From the NCBI RefSeq assembly GCF_036507355.1, contig NZ_AP027877.1: a DNA stretch of 64,000 bases. The stretch is one strand, 5' to 3'. This document shows positions 9,332 through 20,899 of this stretch, in pieces. Position 1 is the stretch's first letter; every line of letters starts with the position of its first letter. The notes under the pieces were generated by a model. It made no database searches and was not told where the DNA came from. It worked only from the letters and a program-made list of their open reading frames with translations. The translations under genes were made by a program, and so were the position numbers. The stretch is from Escherichia coli (GTDB lineage: Bacteria; Pseudomonadota; Gammaproteobacteria; Enterobacterales; Enterobacteriaceae).

Positions 9332-10828
9332 ATGGCGAAAGAAAAAAAACGTGGCTTTTTTTCCTGGCTGGGCTTTGGTCAAAAAGAGCAGACCCCGGAA
9401 AAAGAGACAGAAGTTCAGAATGAACAACCGGTTGTAGAAGAAATCGTTCAGGCGCAAGAGCCTGTGAAGGCTTCTGAACAAGCCGTTGAAGAGCAGCCGC
9501 AGGCGCATACTGAAGCCGAGGCGGAAACTTTTGCTGCCGAAGTTGTGGAAGTCACTGAACAGGTTGCTGAAAGTGAAAAAGCGCAGCCTGAAGCGGAAGT
9601 CGTTGCACAGCCGGAACCGGTCGTAGAAGAAACGCCGGAGCCAGTGGCTATCGAACGTGAAGAGCTGCCGTTGCCGGAAGACGTCAACGCCGAAGAGGTT
9701 TCGCCAGAAGAGTGGCAGGCTGAAGCGGAAACCGTAGAGATTGTCGAAGCGGCGGAAGAAGAAGCGGCTAAAGAAGAAATTACCGACGAAGAGCTGGAAA
9801 CACAGGCGCTGGCTGCCGAAGCGGCAGAAGAGGCGGTGATGGTGGTTCCTCCGGCAGAAGAAGAGCAGCCGGTGGAAGAAATCGCTCAGGAGCAGGAAAA
9901 ACCGACCAAAGAAGGTTTTTTCGCGCGCCTGAAACGCAGCCTGTTAAAAACCAAAGAAAATCTCGGTTCCGGATTTATCAGCCTGTTCCGCGGTAAAAAA
10001 ATCGACGATGATCTGTTTGAAGAGCTGGAAGAACAGCTTTTGATCGCCGATGTGGGTGTGGAAACCACACGTAAAATTATCACCAATCTGACGGAAGGCG
10101 CATCCCGCAAGCAGCTTCGTGATGCCGAGGCGCTCTATGGCCTGCTGAAAGAAGAGATGGGCGAGATTCTGGCGAAAGTCGATGAGCCGCTGAATGTTGA
10201 AGGCAAAGCGCCGTTTGTGATCCTGATGGTGGGCGTCAACGGTGTGGGTAAAACCACGACGATTGGTAAGCTGGCACGTCAGTTTGAGCAGCAGGGTAAA
10301 TCGGTGATGCTGGCGGCGGGCGATACTTTCCGTGCAGCAGCGGTTGAACAGCTTCAGGTCTGGGGTCAGCGCAACAATATTCCGGTGATTGCCCAGCATA
10401 CCGGTGCGGATTCCGCCTCTGTTATCTTCGACGCCATTCAGGCAGCTAAAGCGCGTAATATCGACGTCCTGATTGCCGATACCGCCGGACGTCTGCAGAA
10501 CAAATCGCATCTGATGGAAGAGTTGAAGAAAATCGTCCGCGTGATGAAGAAACTCGACGTTGAAGCGCCGCATGAAGTTATGCTGACTATTGATGCCAGC
10601 ACCGGGCAGAACGCGGTAAGCCAGGCCAAACTGTTCCACGAAGCTGTTGGCTTAACCGGCATCACGCTAACGAAACTGGACGGCACGGCGAAAGGCGGGG
10701 TAATTTTCTCGGTGGCTGACCAGTTTGGTATCCCTATCCGCTACATTGGTGTCGGCGAACGTATTGAGGATTTGCGTCCGTTTAAGGCGGACGACTTTAT
10801 AGAGGCACTTTTTGCCCGAGAGGATTAA
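9332..10828 (+). CDS. ftsY: Signal recognition particle receptor FtsY (498 aa)
   Basis: Acidic low-complexity N-terminal region followed by SRP GTPase domain (GVNGVGKTTT, DTAGR). Confidence 0.95.
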   Translation: MAKEKKRGFFSWLGFGQKEQTPEKETEVQNEQPVVEEIVQAQEPVKASEQAVEEQPQAHTEAEAETFAAEVVEVTEQVAESEKAQPEAEVVAQPEPVVEETPEPVAIEREELPLPEDVNAEEVSPEEWQAEAETVEIVEAAEEEAAKEEITDEELETQALAAEAAEEAVMVVPPAEEEQPVEEIAQEQEKPTKEGFFARLKRSLLKTKENLGSGFISLFRGKKIDDDLFEELEEQLLIADVGVETTRKIITNLTEGASRKQLRDAEALYGLLKEEMGEILAKVDEPLNVEGKAPFVILMVGVNGVGKTTTIGKLARQFEQQGKSVMLAAGDTFRAAAVEQLQVWGQRNNIPVIAQHTGADSASVIFDAIQAAKARNIDVLIADTAGRLQNKSHLMEELKKIVRVMKKLDVEAPHEVMLTIDASTGQNAVSQAKLFHEAVGLTGITLTKLDGTAKGGVIFSVADQFGIPIRYIGVGERIEDLRPFKADDFIEALFARED

Positions 10829-10830
10829 CA

Positions 10831-11499
10831 ATGATTCGCTTTGAACATGTCAGCAAGGCTTATCTCGGTGGGAGACAGGCGCTGCAGGGCGTTACGTTCC
10901 ATATGCAGCCGGGTGAGATGGCGTTTCTGACCGGTCATTCCGGCGCAGGGAAAAGTACCCTCCTGAAGCTGATCTGTGGGATTGAGCGGCCCAGCGCCGG
11001 GAAAATCTGGTTTAGCGGCCATGACATCACGCGTCTGAAAAACCGTGAAGTTCCGTTTCTGCGCCGCCAGATTGGCATGATTTTCCAGGATCACCATCTA
11101 CTGATGGACCGTACTGTCTACGATAACGTGGCGATCCCGCTGATTATCGCCGGTGCCAGCGGTGACGATATTCGTCGCCGGGTGTCGGCGGCGCTGGATA
11201 AAGTCGGGCTACTGGACAAAGCGAAGAACTTCCCTATTCAGCTTTCTGGCGGTGAACAACAGCGTGTTGGCATTGCCCGCGCGGTGGTGAATAAGCCCGC
11301 GGTACTGCTGGCGGACGAACCGACTGGTAACCTGGACGACGCGTTGTCGGAAGGGATTCTACGTCTGTTTGAAGAGTTTAACCGCGTTGGGGTAACCGTA
11401 TTGATGGCAACGCACGACATCAACCTGATTTCACGGCGTTCCTATCGCATGCTCACCCTGAGCGATGGTCACTTGCATGGAGGCGTGGGCCATGAATAA
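10831..11499 (+). CDS. ftsE: Cell division ABC ATPase FtsE (222 aa)
   Basis: Walker [10 protein letters not shown] and ABC signature LSGGEQQR. Confidence 0.95.
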
Positions 11500-12550
11500 G
11501 CGCGATGCAATCAATCATATTCGGCAGTTTGGCGGGCGTCTTGATCGCTTCCGTAAATCGGTCGGCGGCTCAGGCGACGGCGGTCGTAACGCGCCGAAAC
11601 GCGCGAAATCCTCGCCAAAACCGGTAAATCGCAAAACCAACGTTTTCAACGAACAGGTGCGCTATGCCTTCCACGGCGCATTGCAGGATCTGAAAAGCAA
11701 ACCGTTCGCCACGTTTTTAACGGTGATGGTTATCGCCATCTCTCTGACGCTGCCCAGCGTCTGTTATATGGTGTACAAAAACGTTAACCAGGCGGCGACG
11801 CAGTATTATCCGTCACCGCAAATCACTGTTTATCTGCAAAAAACGCTGGACGATGACGCTGCTGCGGGCGTGGTGGCACAGTTGCAGGCCGAGCAAGGCG
11901 TAGAGAAAGTGAATTATCTTTCTCGTGAAGACGCACTGGGCGAGTTCCGTAACTGGTCTGGTTTTGGTGGTGCGCTGGATATGCTGGAAGAAAACCCGCT
12001 TCCGGCAGTGGCGGTGGTGATCCCGAAACTCGATTTCCAGGGTACGGAATCACTCAATACGCTGCGTGATCGTATCACGCAGATTAACGGCATTGACGAA
12101 GTACGGATGGATGACAGCTGGTTTGCCCGTCTGGCGGCGTTGACCGGGCTGGTCGGGCGCGTTTCGGCGATGATCGGCGTGTTGATGGTGGCGGCAGTGT
12201 TCCTCGTCATCGGTAACAGTGTACGCCTGAGTATCTTTGCTCGTCGTGACTCCATTAACGTGCAGAAACTGATTGGTGCAACGGATGGTTTCATCCTGCG
12301 CCCGTTCCTGTACGGTGGCGCATTGCTGGGGTTTTCTGGCGCATTGTTGTCACTAATTTTGTCAGAAATTCTGGTACTGCGATTGTCATCGGCGGTTGCG
12401 GAAGTGGCACAGGTTTTCGGAACGAAGTTTGATATCAATGGCTTATCGTTCGATGAATGCCTGCTATTGCTGCTGGTATGCTCGATGATTGGCTGGGTGG
12501 CAGCGTGGCTTGCCACGGTACAACATTTACGCCACTTTACGCCTGAATAA
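11492..12550 (+). CDS. ftsX: Cell division permease-like protein FtsX (352 aa)
   Basis: ORF 11465..12550 trimmed to [15 protein letters not shown]; overlaps the ftsE stop. Confidence 0.9.
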
Positions 12551-12674
12551 TAAAAGCGTGTTATACTCTTTCCCTGCAATGGGTTCCGTAGCAGGGAAAG
12601 AGACCCCGTTGTCTCTTCCCGGTATTTCATCTCTATGTCACATTTTGTGCGTAATTTATTCACAAGCTTGCATT

Positions 12675-12701
12675 GAACTTGTGGATAAAATCACGGTCTG
12701 A
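12675..12701 (+). promoter_or_regulatory. Sigma-E-type promoter upstream of rpoH (P3-like)
   Basis: gaactt - 16 nt - tctga, matching the sigma-E -35/-10 consensus. Confidence 0.6.
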
Positions 12702-12794
12702 TAAAACAGTGAATGATAACCTCGTTGCTCTTAAGCTCTGGCACAGTTGTTGCTACCACTGAAGCGCCAGAAGATATCGATTGAGAGGATTTGA

Positions 12795-13649
12795 ATGACT
12801 GACAAAATGCAAAGTTTAGCTTTAGCCCCAGTTGGCAACCTGGATTCCTACATCCGGGCAGCTAACGCGTGGCCGATGTTGTCGGCTGACGAGGAGCGGG
12901 CGCTGGCTGAAAAGCTGCATTACCATGGCGATCTGGAAGCAGCTAAAACGCTGATCCTGTCTCACCTGCGGTTTGTTGTTCATATTGCTCGTAATTATGC
13001 GGGCTATGGCCTGCCACAGGCGGATTTGATTCAGGAAGGTAACATCGGCCTGATGAAAGCAGTGCGCCGTTTCAACCCGGAAGTGGGTGTGCGCCTGGTC
13101 TCCTTCGCCGTTCACTGGATCAAAGCAGAGATCCACGAATACGTTCTGCGTAACTGGCGTATCGTCAAAGTTGCGACCACCAAAGCGCAGCGCAAACTGT
13201 TCTTCAACCTGCGTAAAACCAAGCAGCGTTTGGGCTGGTTTAACCAGGATGAAGTCGAAATGGTGGCCCGTGAACTGGGCGTAACCAGCAAAGACGTACG
13301 TGAGATGGAATCACGTATGGCGGCACAGGACATGACCTTTGACCTGTCTTCCGACGACGATTCCGACAGCCAACCGATGGCACCGGTGCTCTATCTGCAG
13401 GATAAATCATCTAACTTTGCCGACGGCATTGAAGATGATAACTGGGAAGAGCAGGCAGCAAACCGTCTGACCGATGCGATGCAGGGTCTGGACGAACGCA
13501 GCCAGGACATCATCCGTGCGCGCTGGCTGGACGAAGACAACAAGTCCACGTTGCAGGAACTGGCTGACCGTTACGGTGTTTCCGCTGAGCGTGTGCGCCA
13601 GCTGGAAAAGAATGCGATGAAAAAACTGCGCGCTGCTATAGAAGCGTAA
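12795..13649 (+). CDS. rpoH: RNA polymerase sigma-32 heat-shock factor RpoH (284 aa)
   Basis: [24 protein letters not shown]...; sigma-70 family regions 2 and 4. Confidence 0.97.
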   Translation: MTDKMQSLALAPVGNLDSYIRAANAWPMLSADEERALAEKLHYHGDLEAAKTLILSHLRFVVHIARNYAGYGLPQADLIQEGNIGLMKAVRRFNPEVGVRLVSFAVHWIKAEIHEYVLRNWRIVKVATTKAQRKLFFNLRKTKQRLGWFNQDEVEMVARELGVTSKDVREMESRMAAQDMTFDLSSDDDSDSQPMAPVLYLQDKSSNFADGIEDDNWEEQAANRLTDAMQGLDERSQDIIRARWLDEDNKSTLQELADRYGVSAERVRQLEKNAMKKLRAAIEA

Positions 13650-13670
13650 TTTCCGCTATTAAGCAGAGAA

Positions 13671-13702
13671 CCCTGGATGCGAGTCCGGGGTTTTTGTTTT
13701 TT
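13671..13702 (+). terminator. Rho-independent terminator after rpoH
   Basis: GC-rich hairpin ccctggatgcgagtccgggg followed by a T-tract. Confidence 0.75.
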
Positions 13703-13919
13703 GGGCCTCTACAATAATCAATTTCCCCTCCGGCAAAACGCCAATCCCCACGCAGATTGTTAATAAACTGTCAAAATAGCTATTCCAATATCATAAAAAT
13801 CGGGTATGTTTTAGCAGAGTATGCTGCTAAAGCACGGGTAGTCATGCATAAAATGAAATAAAGTGCTGAACAACAACATCACAACACACGTAATAACCAG
13901 AAGAATGGGGATTCTCAGG

Positions 13920-15023
13920 ATGAACATAAAGGGTAAAGCGTTACTGGCAGGATGTATCGCGCTGGCATTCAGCAATATGGCTCTGGCAGAAGATATTAAA
14001 GTCGCGGTCGTGGGCGCAATGTCCGGTCCGGTTGCGCAGTACGGTGACCAGGAGTTTACCGGCGCAGAGCAGGCGGTTGCGGATATCAACGCTAAAGGCG
14101 GCATTAAAGGCAACAAACTGCAAATCGTAAAATATGACGATGCCTGTGACCCGAAACAGGCGGTTGCGGTGGCGAACAAAGTCATTAACGACGGCATTAA
14201 ATATGTGATTGGTCACCTCTGTTCTTCATCAACGCAGCCTGCGTCTGACATCTACGAAGACGAAGGCATTTTAATGATCACCCCAGCGGCAACCGCGCCG
14301 GAGCTGACCGCCCGTGGCTATCAGCTGATCCTGCGCACCACCGGCCTGGACTCCGACCAGGGGCCGACGGCGGCGAAATATATTCTTGAGAAAGTGAAAC
14401 CGCAGCGTATTGCTATCGTTCACGACAAACAGCAATACGGCGAAGGTCTGGCGCGAGCGGTGCAGGACGGCCTGAAGAAAGGCAATGCTAACGTGGTGTT
14501 CTTTGATGGTATCACCGCCGGGGAAAAAGATTTCTCAACGCTGGTGGCGCGTCTGAAAAAAGAGAATATCGACTTCGTTTACTACGGCGGTTATCACCCG
14601 GAAATGGGGCAAATCCTGCGTCAGGCACGCGCGGCAGGGCTGAAAACTCAGTTTATGGGGCCGGAAGGTGTGGCTAACGTTTCGCTGTCTAACATTGCGG
14701 GCGAATCAGCGGAAGGGCTGCTGGTGACCAAGCCGAAGAACTACGATCAGGTTCCGGCGAACAAACCAATTGTTGACGCCATCAAAGCGAAAAAACAGGA
14801 CCCAAGCGGCGCATTCGTCTGGACCACCTACGCCGCGCTGCAATCTTTGCAGGCGGGCCTGAATCAGTCTGACGATCCGGCTGAAATCGCCAAATACCTG
14901 AAAGCGAACTCGGTTGATACCGTGATGGGGCCGCTGACGTGGGATGAGAAAGGCGATCTGAAAGGCTTTGAGTTCGGCGTATTTGACTGGCACGCCAACG
15001 GCACGGCGACCGATGCGAAGTAA
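13920..15023 (+). CDS. livJ: Leu/Ile/Val periplasmic binding protein LivJ (367 aa)
   Basis: ORF 13863..15023 trimmed to [18 protein letters not shown] (signal peptide); paralog of the livK product. Confidence 0.95.
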   Translation: MNIKGKALLAGCIALAFSNMALAEDIKVAVVGAMSGPVAQYGDQEFTGAEQAVADINAKGGIKGNKLQIVKYDDACDPKQAVAVANKVINDGIKYVIGHLCSSSTQPASDIYEDEGILMITPAATAPELTARGYQLILRTTGLDSDQGPTAAKYILEKVKPQRIAIVHDKQQYGEGLARAVQDGLKKGNANVVFFDGITAGEKDFSTLVARLKKENIDFVYYGGYHPEMGQILRQARAAGLKTQFMGPEGVANVSLSNIAGESAEGLLVTKPKNYDQVPANKPIVDAIKAKKQDPSGAFVWTTYAALQSLQAGLNQSDDPAEIAKYLKANSVDTVMGPLTWDEKGDLKGFEFGVFDWHANGTATDAK

Positions 15024-15043
15024 CGGATAGATAAATGAAAATG

Positions 15044-15076
15044 CCCGATGCGCTTAACGTCCATCGGGTTTTTTTA
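15044..15076 (+). terminator. Rho-independent terminator after livJ
   Basis: Stem cccgatg...catcggg followed by ttttttt. Confidence 0.75.
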
Positions 15077-15172
15077 TGTTTGTCGAAATGGTTGTAGAAA
15101 GATTAAACAATCCAGGATATGCTTATTGTACGGTGATATGCCGTACATATTATACGGAGCAGGAGAGTTCAC

Positions 15173-15439
15173 ATGTCTGCTGTTAAAAAGCAGCGTATCG
15201 ATCTGCGTTTAACTGACGATGACAAAAGTATGATTGAGGAAGCGGCAGCGATATCTAATCAGTCCGTCAGCCAATTTATGTTGAACAGCGCTTCGCAGCG
15301 GGCTGCGGAAGTGATTGAACAACATCGGCGGGTGATCCTCAATGAGGAATCCTGGACGCGGGTGATGGATGCGCTGAGTAATCCACCGTCACCAGGTGAA
15401 AAGCTAAAACGTGCGGCAAAACGTCTTCAGGGAATGTAA
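15173..15439 (+). CDS. DUF1778-family (RHH) antitoxin, TacA/AtaR-like (88 aa)
   Basis: Small protein, 7 nt upstream of a GNAT gene; SVSQFMLNSASQRAAEVIE resembles DUF1778 antitoxins. Confidence 0.75.
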   Translation: MSAVKKQRIDLRLTDDDKSMIEEAAAISNQSVSQFMLNSASQRAAEVIEQHRRVILNEESWTRVMDALSNPPSPGEKLKRAAKRLQGM

Positions 15440-15445
15440 TAATTT

Positions 15446-15973
15446 ATGGATGATCTGACGATAGAGATTCTGACCGATGATGCAGATTATGATCTACAGC
15501 GATTCGACTGCGGCGAGGAAGCGTTAAATCTCTTTCTGACGACACATCTGGTTCGTCAACATCGCAACAAAATTCTGCGAGCGTATATCCTTTGTCGCAA
15601 CACTCCAGAACGTCAGGTGCTGGGATATTACACATTATCCGGCAGTTGTTTTGAACGAGCCGCATTGCCCTCGAAATCGAAACAGAAAAAAATTCCCTAC
15701 AAAAATATTCCCAGCGTCACTCTTGGGCGTCTGGCAATTGATCATTCAATACAGGGGCAGGGATGGGGAGCAACACTGGTTGCTCATGCCATGAAAGTCG
15801 TCTGGTCAGCCTCTTTAGCGGTAGGTATTCACGGTCTTTTTGTCGAGGCGCTGAATGAAAAAGCCCATACGTTTTATCAGTCGCTGGGCTTTATCCCGTT
15901 AGTCGGGGAAAACGAAAATGCGTTATTTTTCCCAACGAAATCCATTGAACTGCTTTTTACACAGAGCGATTAA
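15446..15973 (+). CDS. GNAT-family acetyltransferase toxin, TacT/AtaT-like (175 aa)
   Basis: GNAT fold motif (QGQGWGATLVAHAM); paired with the upstream DUF1778 gene; 3-prime end overlaps convergent panZ by 4 nt. Confidence 0.75.
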   Translation: MDDLTIEILTDDADYDLQRFDCGEEALNLFLTTHLVRQHRNKILRAYILCRNTPERQVLGYYTLSGSCFERAALPSKSKQKKIPYKNIPSVTLGRLAIDHSIQGQGWGATLVAHAMKVVWSASLAVGIHGLFVEALNEKAHTFYQSLGFIPLVGENENALFFPTKSIELLFTQSD

Positions 15974-16353
15974 CGCTTCTCCCAGCCGCCCTGCTGTGCC
16001 GTAAATCCCAGTGCCTGCATAAACGCCGTCATCACACCGCGATCTTCCACGCCTGCATCCGCCATCCACCAGCATGAAACGCCAGGATTGTTACGCAAAA
16101 CCTCTTCCAGCAGATATTGCCCCACACCGCGACGTCGGGTGACTTCCCGCACGCGCAGGGAATCCAGTGCTCCCTCGGTGCCGCTTAAGGTTACCCGTAC
16201 GGCAGCGAGCAGGCGCTCGTTAAAACGCGCGGCGTAGATACGGTGGTTATCGTCAACCTGTAACGAGGAAGGGGAATACTCCGGCCAGATCTTTTGCAGG
16301 TCAATCCGGTCCTGGTCGCTAAATTTTTCTAATCGAATGATGGTCAGCTTCAT
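15970..16353 (-). CDS. panZ: PanD maturation factor PanZ/PanM (127 aa)
   Basis: MKLTIIRLEKFSDQDRIDLQKIWPEYSP...; GNAT-like. Confidence 0.9.
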   Translation of the reverse strand: MKLTIIRLEKFSDQDRIDLQKIWPEYSPSSLQVDDNHRIYAARFNERLLAAVRVTLSGTEGALDSLRVREVTRRRGVGQYLLEEVLRNNPGVSCWWMADAGVEDRGVMTAFMQALGFTAQQGGWEKR

Positions 16354-16776
16354 GGGTAACCCGTGTAAATCACAAAAGTGGAACCAGTGTAGCGAAATAA
16401 TTTAATCGGAGGCTTTCTCTTTTTTATTTCTTTTGGCAGGTGATTAATTTTTTAACAGCAATAATTACAAAGTTAAAACATTAGAGAATGAAAAATGTCC
16501 AGCATAATCCCCTGAATGATAGTGAATTATTCCGCCCTTTATGCCGTTATTTTATGCTGACAAAGGCACTTTTTTCTGTTTATCTATCAATAAATTCAGA
16601 ATATTATCTGTTCTTAATCGACTGAAAAATAGGGGTTTTAATCGCTATCATCACAAAATACTGCGCTAACCCCTTAATCAGACAGGCAAAAACAGTGCAG
16701 TATAAAAAAAGAACAGTCTGATTTGTTAACACATAAAAACAAAGCAACACAACATCACGAATGGGGATTTTTGACT

Positions 16777-17886
16777 ATGAAACGGAATGCGAAAACTATC
16801 ATCGCAGGGATGATTGCACTGGCAATTTCACACACCGCTATGGCTGACGATATTAAAGTCGCCGTTGTCGGCGCGATGTCCGGCCCGATTGCCCAGTGGG
16901 GCGATATGGAATTTAACGGCGCGCGTCAGGCGATTAAAGACATTAATGCCAAAGGGGGAATTAAGGGCGACAAGCTGGTTGGCGTGGAATATGACGACGC
17001 CTGCGACCCGAAACAAGCCGTTGCGGTCGCCAACAAAATCGTTAATGACGGCATTAAATACGTTATTGGTCATCTGTGTTCTTCTTCTACCCAACCTGCA
17101 TCAGATATCTATGAAGACGAAGGTATCCTGATGATCTCGCCGGGGGCGACCAACCCGGAGCTGACCCAACGCGGTTATCAACACATTATGCGTACTGCCG
17201 GGCTGGACTCTTCCCAGGGGCCTACAGCGGCAAAATACATTCTTGAGACGGTGAAGCCCCAGCGCATCGCCATCATTCACGACAAACAACAGTATGGCGA
17301 AGGGCTGGCACGTTCGGTGCAGGACGGGCTGAAAGCGGCTAACGCCAATGTTGTTTTCTTCGACGGTATTACCGCCGGGGAGAAAGATTTCTCTGCGCTG
17401 ATCGCCCGCCTGAAAAAAGAAAACATCGACTTCGTTTACTACGGCGGTTACTACCCGGAAATGGGGCAGATGCTGCGCCAGGCTCGTTCCGTCGGCCTGA
17501 AAACCCAGTTTATGGGGCCGGAAGGTGTGGGTAATGCGTCGCTGTCGAACATTGCTGGCGAAGCCGCTGAAGGCATGTTGGTCACTATGCCAAAACGCTA
17601 TGACCAGGATCCGGCAAACCAGGGCATCGTTGATGCGCTGAAAGCAGACAAGAAAGATCCGTCCGGGCCTTATGTCTGGATCACCTACGCGGCGGTGCAA
17701 TCTCTGGCAACTGCCCTTGAGCGTACCGGCAGCGATGAGCCGCTGGCGCTGGTGAAAGATTTAAAAGCTAACGGTGCAAACACCGTGATTGGGCCGCTGA
17801 ACTGGGATGAAAAAGGCGATCTTAAGGGATTTGATTTTGGTGTCTTCCAGTGGCACGCCGACGGTTCATCCACGGCAGCCAAGTGA
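16777..17886 (+). CDS. livK: Leucine-specific periplasmic binding protein LivK (369 aa)
   Basis: ORF 16723..17886 trimmed to [18 protein letters not shown]. Confidence 0.95.
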   Translation: MKRNAKTIIAGMIALAISHTAMADDIKVAVVGAMSGPIAQWGDMEFNGARQAIKDINAKGGIKGDKLVGVEYDDACDPKQAVAVANKIVNDGIKYVIGHLCSSSTQPASDIYEDEGILMISPGATNPELTQRGYQHIMRTAGLDSSQGPTAAKYILETVKPQRIAIIHDKQQYGEGLARSVQDGLKAANANVVFFDGITAGEKDFSALIARLKKENIDFVYYGGYYPEMGQMLRQARSVGLKTQFMGPEGVGNASLSNIAGEAAEGMLVTMPKRYDQDPANQGIVDALKADKKDPSGPYVWITYAAVQSLATALERTGSDEPLALVKDLKANGANTVIGPLNWDEKGDLKGFDFGVFQWHADGSSTAAK

Positions 17887-17933
17887 AAATCCCACCGCCC
17901 GTGAAATGCGGGCGGGTTTAGAAAGGTTACCTT

Positions 17934-18860
17934 ATGTCTGAGCAGTTTTTATATTTCTTGCAGCAGATGTTTAACGGCGTCACGCTGGGCAGTACCTACG
18001 CGCTGATAGCCATCGGCTACACCATGGTTTACGGCATTATCGGCATGATCAACTTCGCCCACGGCGAGGTTTACATGATCGGCAGCTACGTCTCATTTAT
18101 GATCATCGCCGCACTGATGATGATGGGCATTGATACCGGCTGGCTGCTGGTGGCGGCGGGATTCGTCGGCGCAATCGTCATTGCCAGCGCCTACGGCTGG
18201 AGTATCGAACGGATGGCCTATCGCCCGGTGCGTAACTCCAAGCGCCTGATTGCACTCATCTCGGCAATCGGTATGTCCATCTTCCTGCAAAACTACGTCA
18301 GCCTGACCGAAGGTTCGCGCGACGTGGCGCTGCCGAGCCTGTTTAACGGTCAGTGGGTGGTGGGCCATAGCGAAAACTTCTCTGCCTCTATTACTACCAT
18401 GCAGGCGGTGATCTGGATTGTTACTTTCCTCGCCATGCTGGCGCTGACGATTTTCATTCGCTATTCCCGCATGGGGCGCGCGTGTCGTGCCTGTGCGGAA
18501 GATCTGAAAATGGCGAGCCTGCTTGGCATTAACACTGACCGGGTGATTGCGCTGACCTTTGTGATTGGCGCGGCGATGGCAGCGGTGGCGGGCGTACTGC
18601 TCGGTCAGTTCTACGGCGTCATTAACCCCTATATCGGCTTTATGGCCGGGATGAAAGCCTTTACCGCTGCGGTGCTCGGTGGGATTGGCAGTATTCCGGG
18701 GGCGATGATTGGCGGGCTGATTCTGGGGATTGCGGAGGCGCTCTCTTCTGCCTATCTGAGTACAGAATATAAAGATGTGGTCTCATTTGCCCTGCTGATT
18801 CTGGTGCTGCTGGTGATGCCGACCGGTATTCTGGGTCGCCCGGAGGTAGAGAAAGTATGA
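17934..18860 (+). CDS. livH: Branched-chain amino acid ABC permease LivH (308 aa)
   Basis: 308-aa permease ORF. Confidence 0.95.
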   Translation: MSEQFLYFLQQMFNGVTLGSTYALIAIGYTMVYGIIGMINFAHGEVYMIGSYVSFMIIAALMMMGIDTGWLLVAAGFVGAIVIASAYGWSIERMAYRPVRNSKRLIALISAIGMSIFLQNYVSLTEGSRDVALPSLFNGQWVVGHSENFSASITTMQAVIWIVTFLAMLALTIFIRYSRMGRACRACAEDLKMASLLGINTDRVIALTFVIGAAMAAVAGVLLGQFYGVINPYIGFMAGMKAFTAAVLGGIGSIPGAMIGGLILGIAEALSSAYLSTEYKDVVSFALLILVLLVMPTGILGRPEVEKV

Positions 18861-20134
18861 AACCGATGCATATTGCAATGGCGTTGCTCTCTGCCGCGAT
18901 GTTCTTTGTCCTGGCAGGCGTTTTTATGGGCGTACAACTGGAGCTGGATGGCACCAAACTGGTGGTCGACACGGCTTCAGACATCCGTTGGCAGTGGGTG
19001 TTTATCGGCACGGCGGTGGTCTTTTTCTTCCAGATTTTGCGACCTGCTTTCCAGAAAGGGCTGAAAAGCGTTTCCGGACCGAAGTTTATTCTGCCCGCGA
19101 TTGATGGCTCCACGGTGAAGCAAAAGCTGTTTCTCGTGGCGCTGCTGGTGCTTGCGGTGGCGTGGCCGTTTATGGTGTCGCGTGGGACGGTGGATATCGC
19201 CACCCTGACCATGATCTACATTATTCTCGGCCTCGGGCTGAACGTGGTTGTTGGTCTTTCTGGTCTGCTGGTGCTGGGGTACGGCGGTTTTTACGCCATC
19301 GGCGCTTACACCTTTGCGCTGCTCAATCACTATTACGGCCTGGGCTTCTGGACCTGTCTGCCGATTGCCGGGTTAATGGCGGCGGCGGCGGGCTTCCTGC
19401 TCGGTTTTCCGGTGCTGCGCCTGCGCGGCGACTATCTGGCGATCGTTACCCTCGGTTTCGGCGAAATTGTGCGCATATTGCTGCTCAATAACACCGAAAT
19501 TACCGGCGGCCCGAATGGTATCAGTCAGATCCCGAAACCGACTTTCTTCGGCCTCGAGTTCAGCCGTACCGCCCGTGAAGGCGGCTGGGACACGTTCAGT
19601 AATTTCTTTGGCCTGAAATACGATCCCTCCGATCGCGTTATCTTCCTCTACCTGGTGGCGTTGCTGCTGGTGGTATTAAGCCTGTTTGTCATTAACCGCC
19701 TGCTGCGGATGCCGCTGGGTCGCGCCTGGGAAGCGTTGCGTGAAGACGAAATCGCCTGCCGTTCGCTGGGCTTAAGCCCGCGTCGTATCAAGCTGACCGC
19801 CTTTACCATCAGCGCCGCGTTTGCGGGTTTTGCCGGAACGCTGTTTGCGGCGCGTCAGGGCTTTGTCAGCCCGGAATCCTTCACCTTTGCTGAATCAGCC
19901 TTTGTACTGGCGATAGTGGTGCTCGGCGGTATGGGCTCGCAATTTGCGGTGATTCTGGCGGCTGTTCTGCTGGTGGTATCGCGCGAGTTGATGCGTGATT
20001 TCAACGAATACAGCATGTTAATGCTCGGTGGTTTGATGGTGCTGATGATGATCTGGCGTCCGCAGGGCTTGCTGCCCATGACGCGCCCGCAACTGAAGCT
20101 GAAAAACGGCGCAGCGAAAGGAGAGCAGGCATGA
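18857..20134 (+). CDS. livM: Branched-chain amino acid ABC permease LivM (425 aa)
   Basis: 425-aa permease; start overlaps the livH stop. Confidence 0.95.
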   Translation: MKPMHIAMALLSAAMFFVLAGVFMGVQLELDGTKLVVDTASDIRWQWVFIGTAVVFFFQILRPAFQKGLKSVSGPKFILPAIDGSTVKQKLFLVALLVLAVAWPFMVSRGTVDIATLTMIYIILGLGLNVVVGLSGLLVLGYGGFYAIGAYTFALLNHYYGLGFWTCLPIAGLMAAAAGFLLGFPVLRLRGDYLAIVTLGFGEIVRILLLNNTEITGGPNGISQIPKPTFFGLEFSRTAREGGWDTFSNFFGLKYDPSDRVIFLYLVALLLVVLSLFVINRLLRMPLGRAWEALREDEIACRSLGLSPRRIKLTAFTISAAFAGFAGTLFAARQGFVSPESFTFAESAFVLAIVVLGGMGSQFAVILAAVLLVVSRELMRDFNEYSMLMLGGLMVLMMIWRPQGLLPMTRPQLKLKNGAAKGEQA

Positions 20135-20898
20135 GTCAGCCATTATTATCTGTTAACGGCCTGATGATGCGCTTCGGCGGCCTGCTGGCGGTGAACAACG
20201 TCAATCTCGAACTGTACCCGCAGGAGATCGTCTCGTTAATCGGCCCTAACGGCGCCGGAAAAACCACGGTCTTTAACTGCCTGACCGGTTTCTACAAACC
20301 CACCGGCGGAACCATTTTACTGCGCGATCAGCATCTGGAAGGTTTGCCGGGGCAGCAAATTGCTCGCATGGGCGTGGTGCGTACCTTCCAGCATGTGCGT
20401 CTGTTCCGCGAAATGACGGTGATTGAAAACCTGCTGGTGGCGCAGCATCAGCAACTGAAAACCGGGCTGTTCTCTGGCCTGTTGAAAACGCCTTCTTTCC
20501 GTCGCGCCCAGAGCGAAGCGCTCGACCGTGCCGCCACCTGGCTTGAGCGCATTGGTTTGCTGGAACACGCCAACCGTCAGGCGAGTAACCTGGCCTACGG
20601 TGACCAGCGCCGTCTGGAGATCGCCCGCTGCATGGTTACGCAGCCGGAGATTTTAATGCTCGACGAACCTGCGGCAGGTCTTAACCCGAAAGAAACGAAA
20701 GAGCTGGATGAGCTGATTGCCGAACTGCGCAATCATCACAACACCACTATCTTGTTGATTGAACACGATATGAAGCTGGTGATGGGAATTTCGGACCGAA
20801 TTTACGTGGTCAATCAGGGGACGCCGCTGGCAAACGGTACGCCGGAGCAGATCCGTAATAACCCGGACGTGATCCGTGCCTATTTAGGTGAGGCATAA
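20131..20898 (+). CDS. livG: Branched-chain amino acid ABC ATPase LivG (255 aa)
   Basis: Walker [10 protein letters not shown]. Confidence 0.95.
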   Translation: MSQPLLSVNGLMMRFGGLLAVNNVNLELYPQEIVSLIGPNGAGKTTVFNCLTGFYKPTGGTILLRDQHLEGLPGQQIARMGVVRTFQHVRLFREMTVIENLLVAQHQQLKTGLFSGLLKTPSFRRAQSEALDRAATWLERIGLLEHANRQASNLAYGDQRRLEIARCMVTQPEILMLDEPAAGLNPKETKELDELIAELRNHHNTTILLIEHDMKLVMGISDRIYVVNQGTPLANGTPEQIRNNPDVIRAYLGEA

Positions 20899-20899
20899 G

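Noticed and set aside
9332-9900. Acidic Glu/Ala/Val-rich repeat region at the 5-prime end of ftsY
   Set aside because: This is the known low-complexity A-domain of FtsY, not a separate repeat element or CRISPR-like array.
9944-10639. 231-aa minus-strand ORF, and the 249-aa ORF at 11914..12663
   Set aside because: Antisense to ftsY and ftsX respectively; the sense genes are clearly identified.
17101-17700. 199-aa minus-strand ORF
   Set aside because: Antisense to livK.
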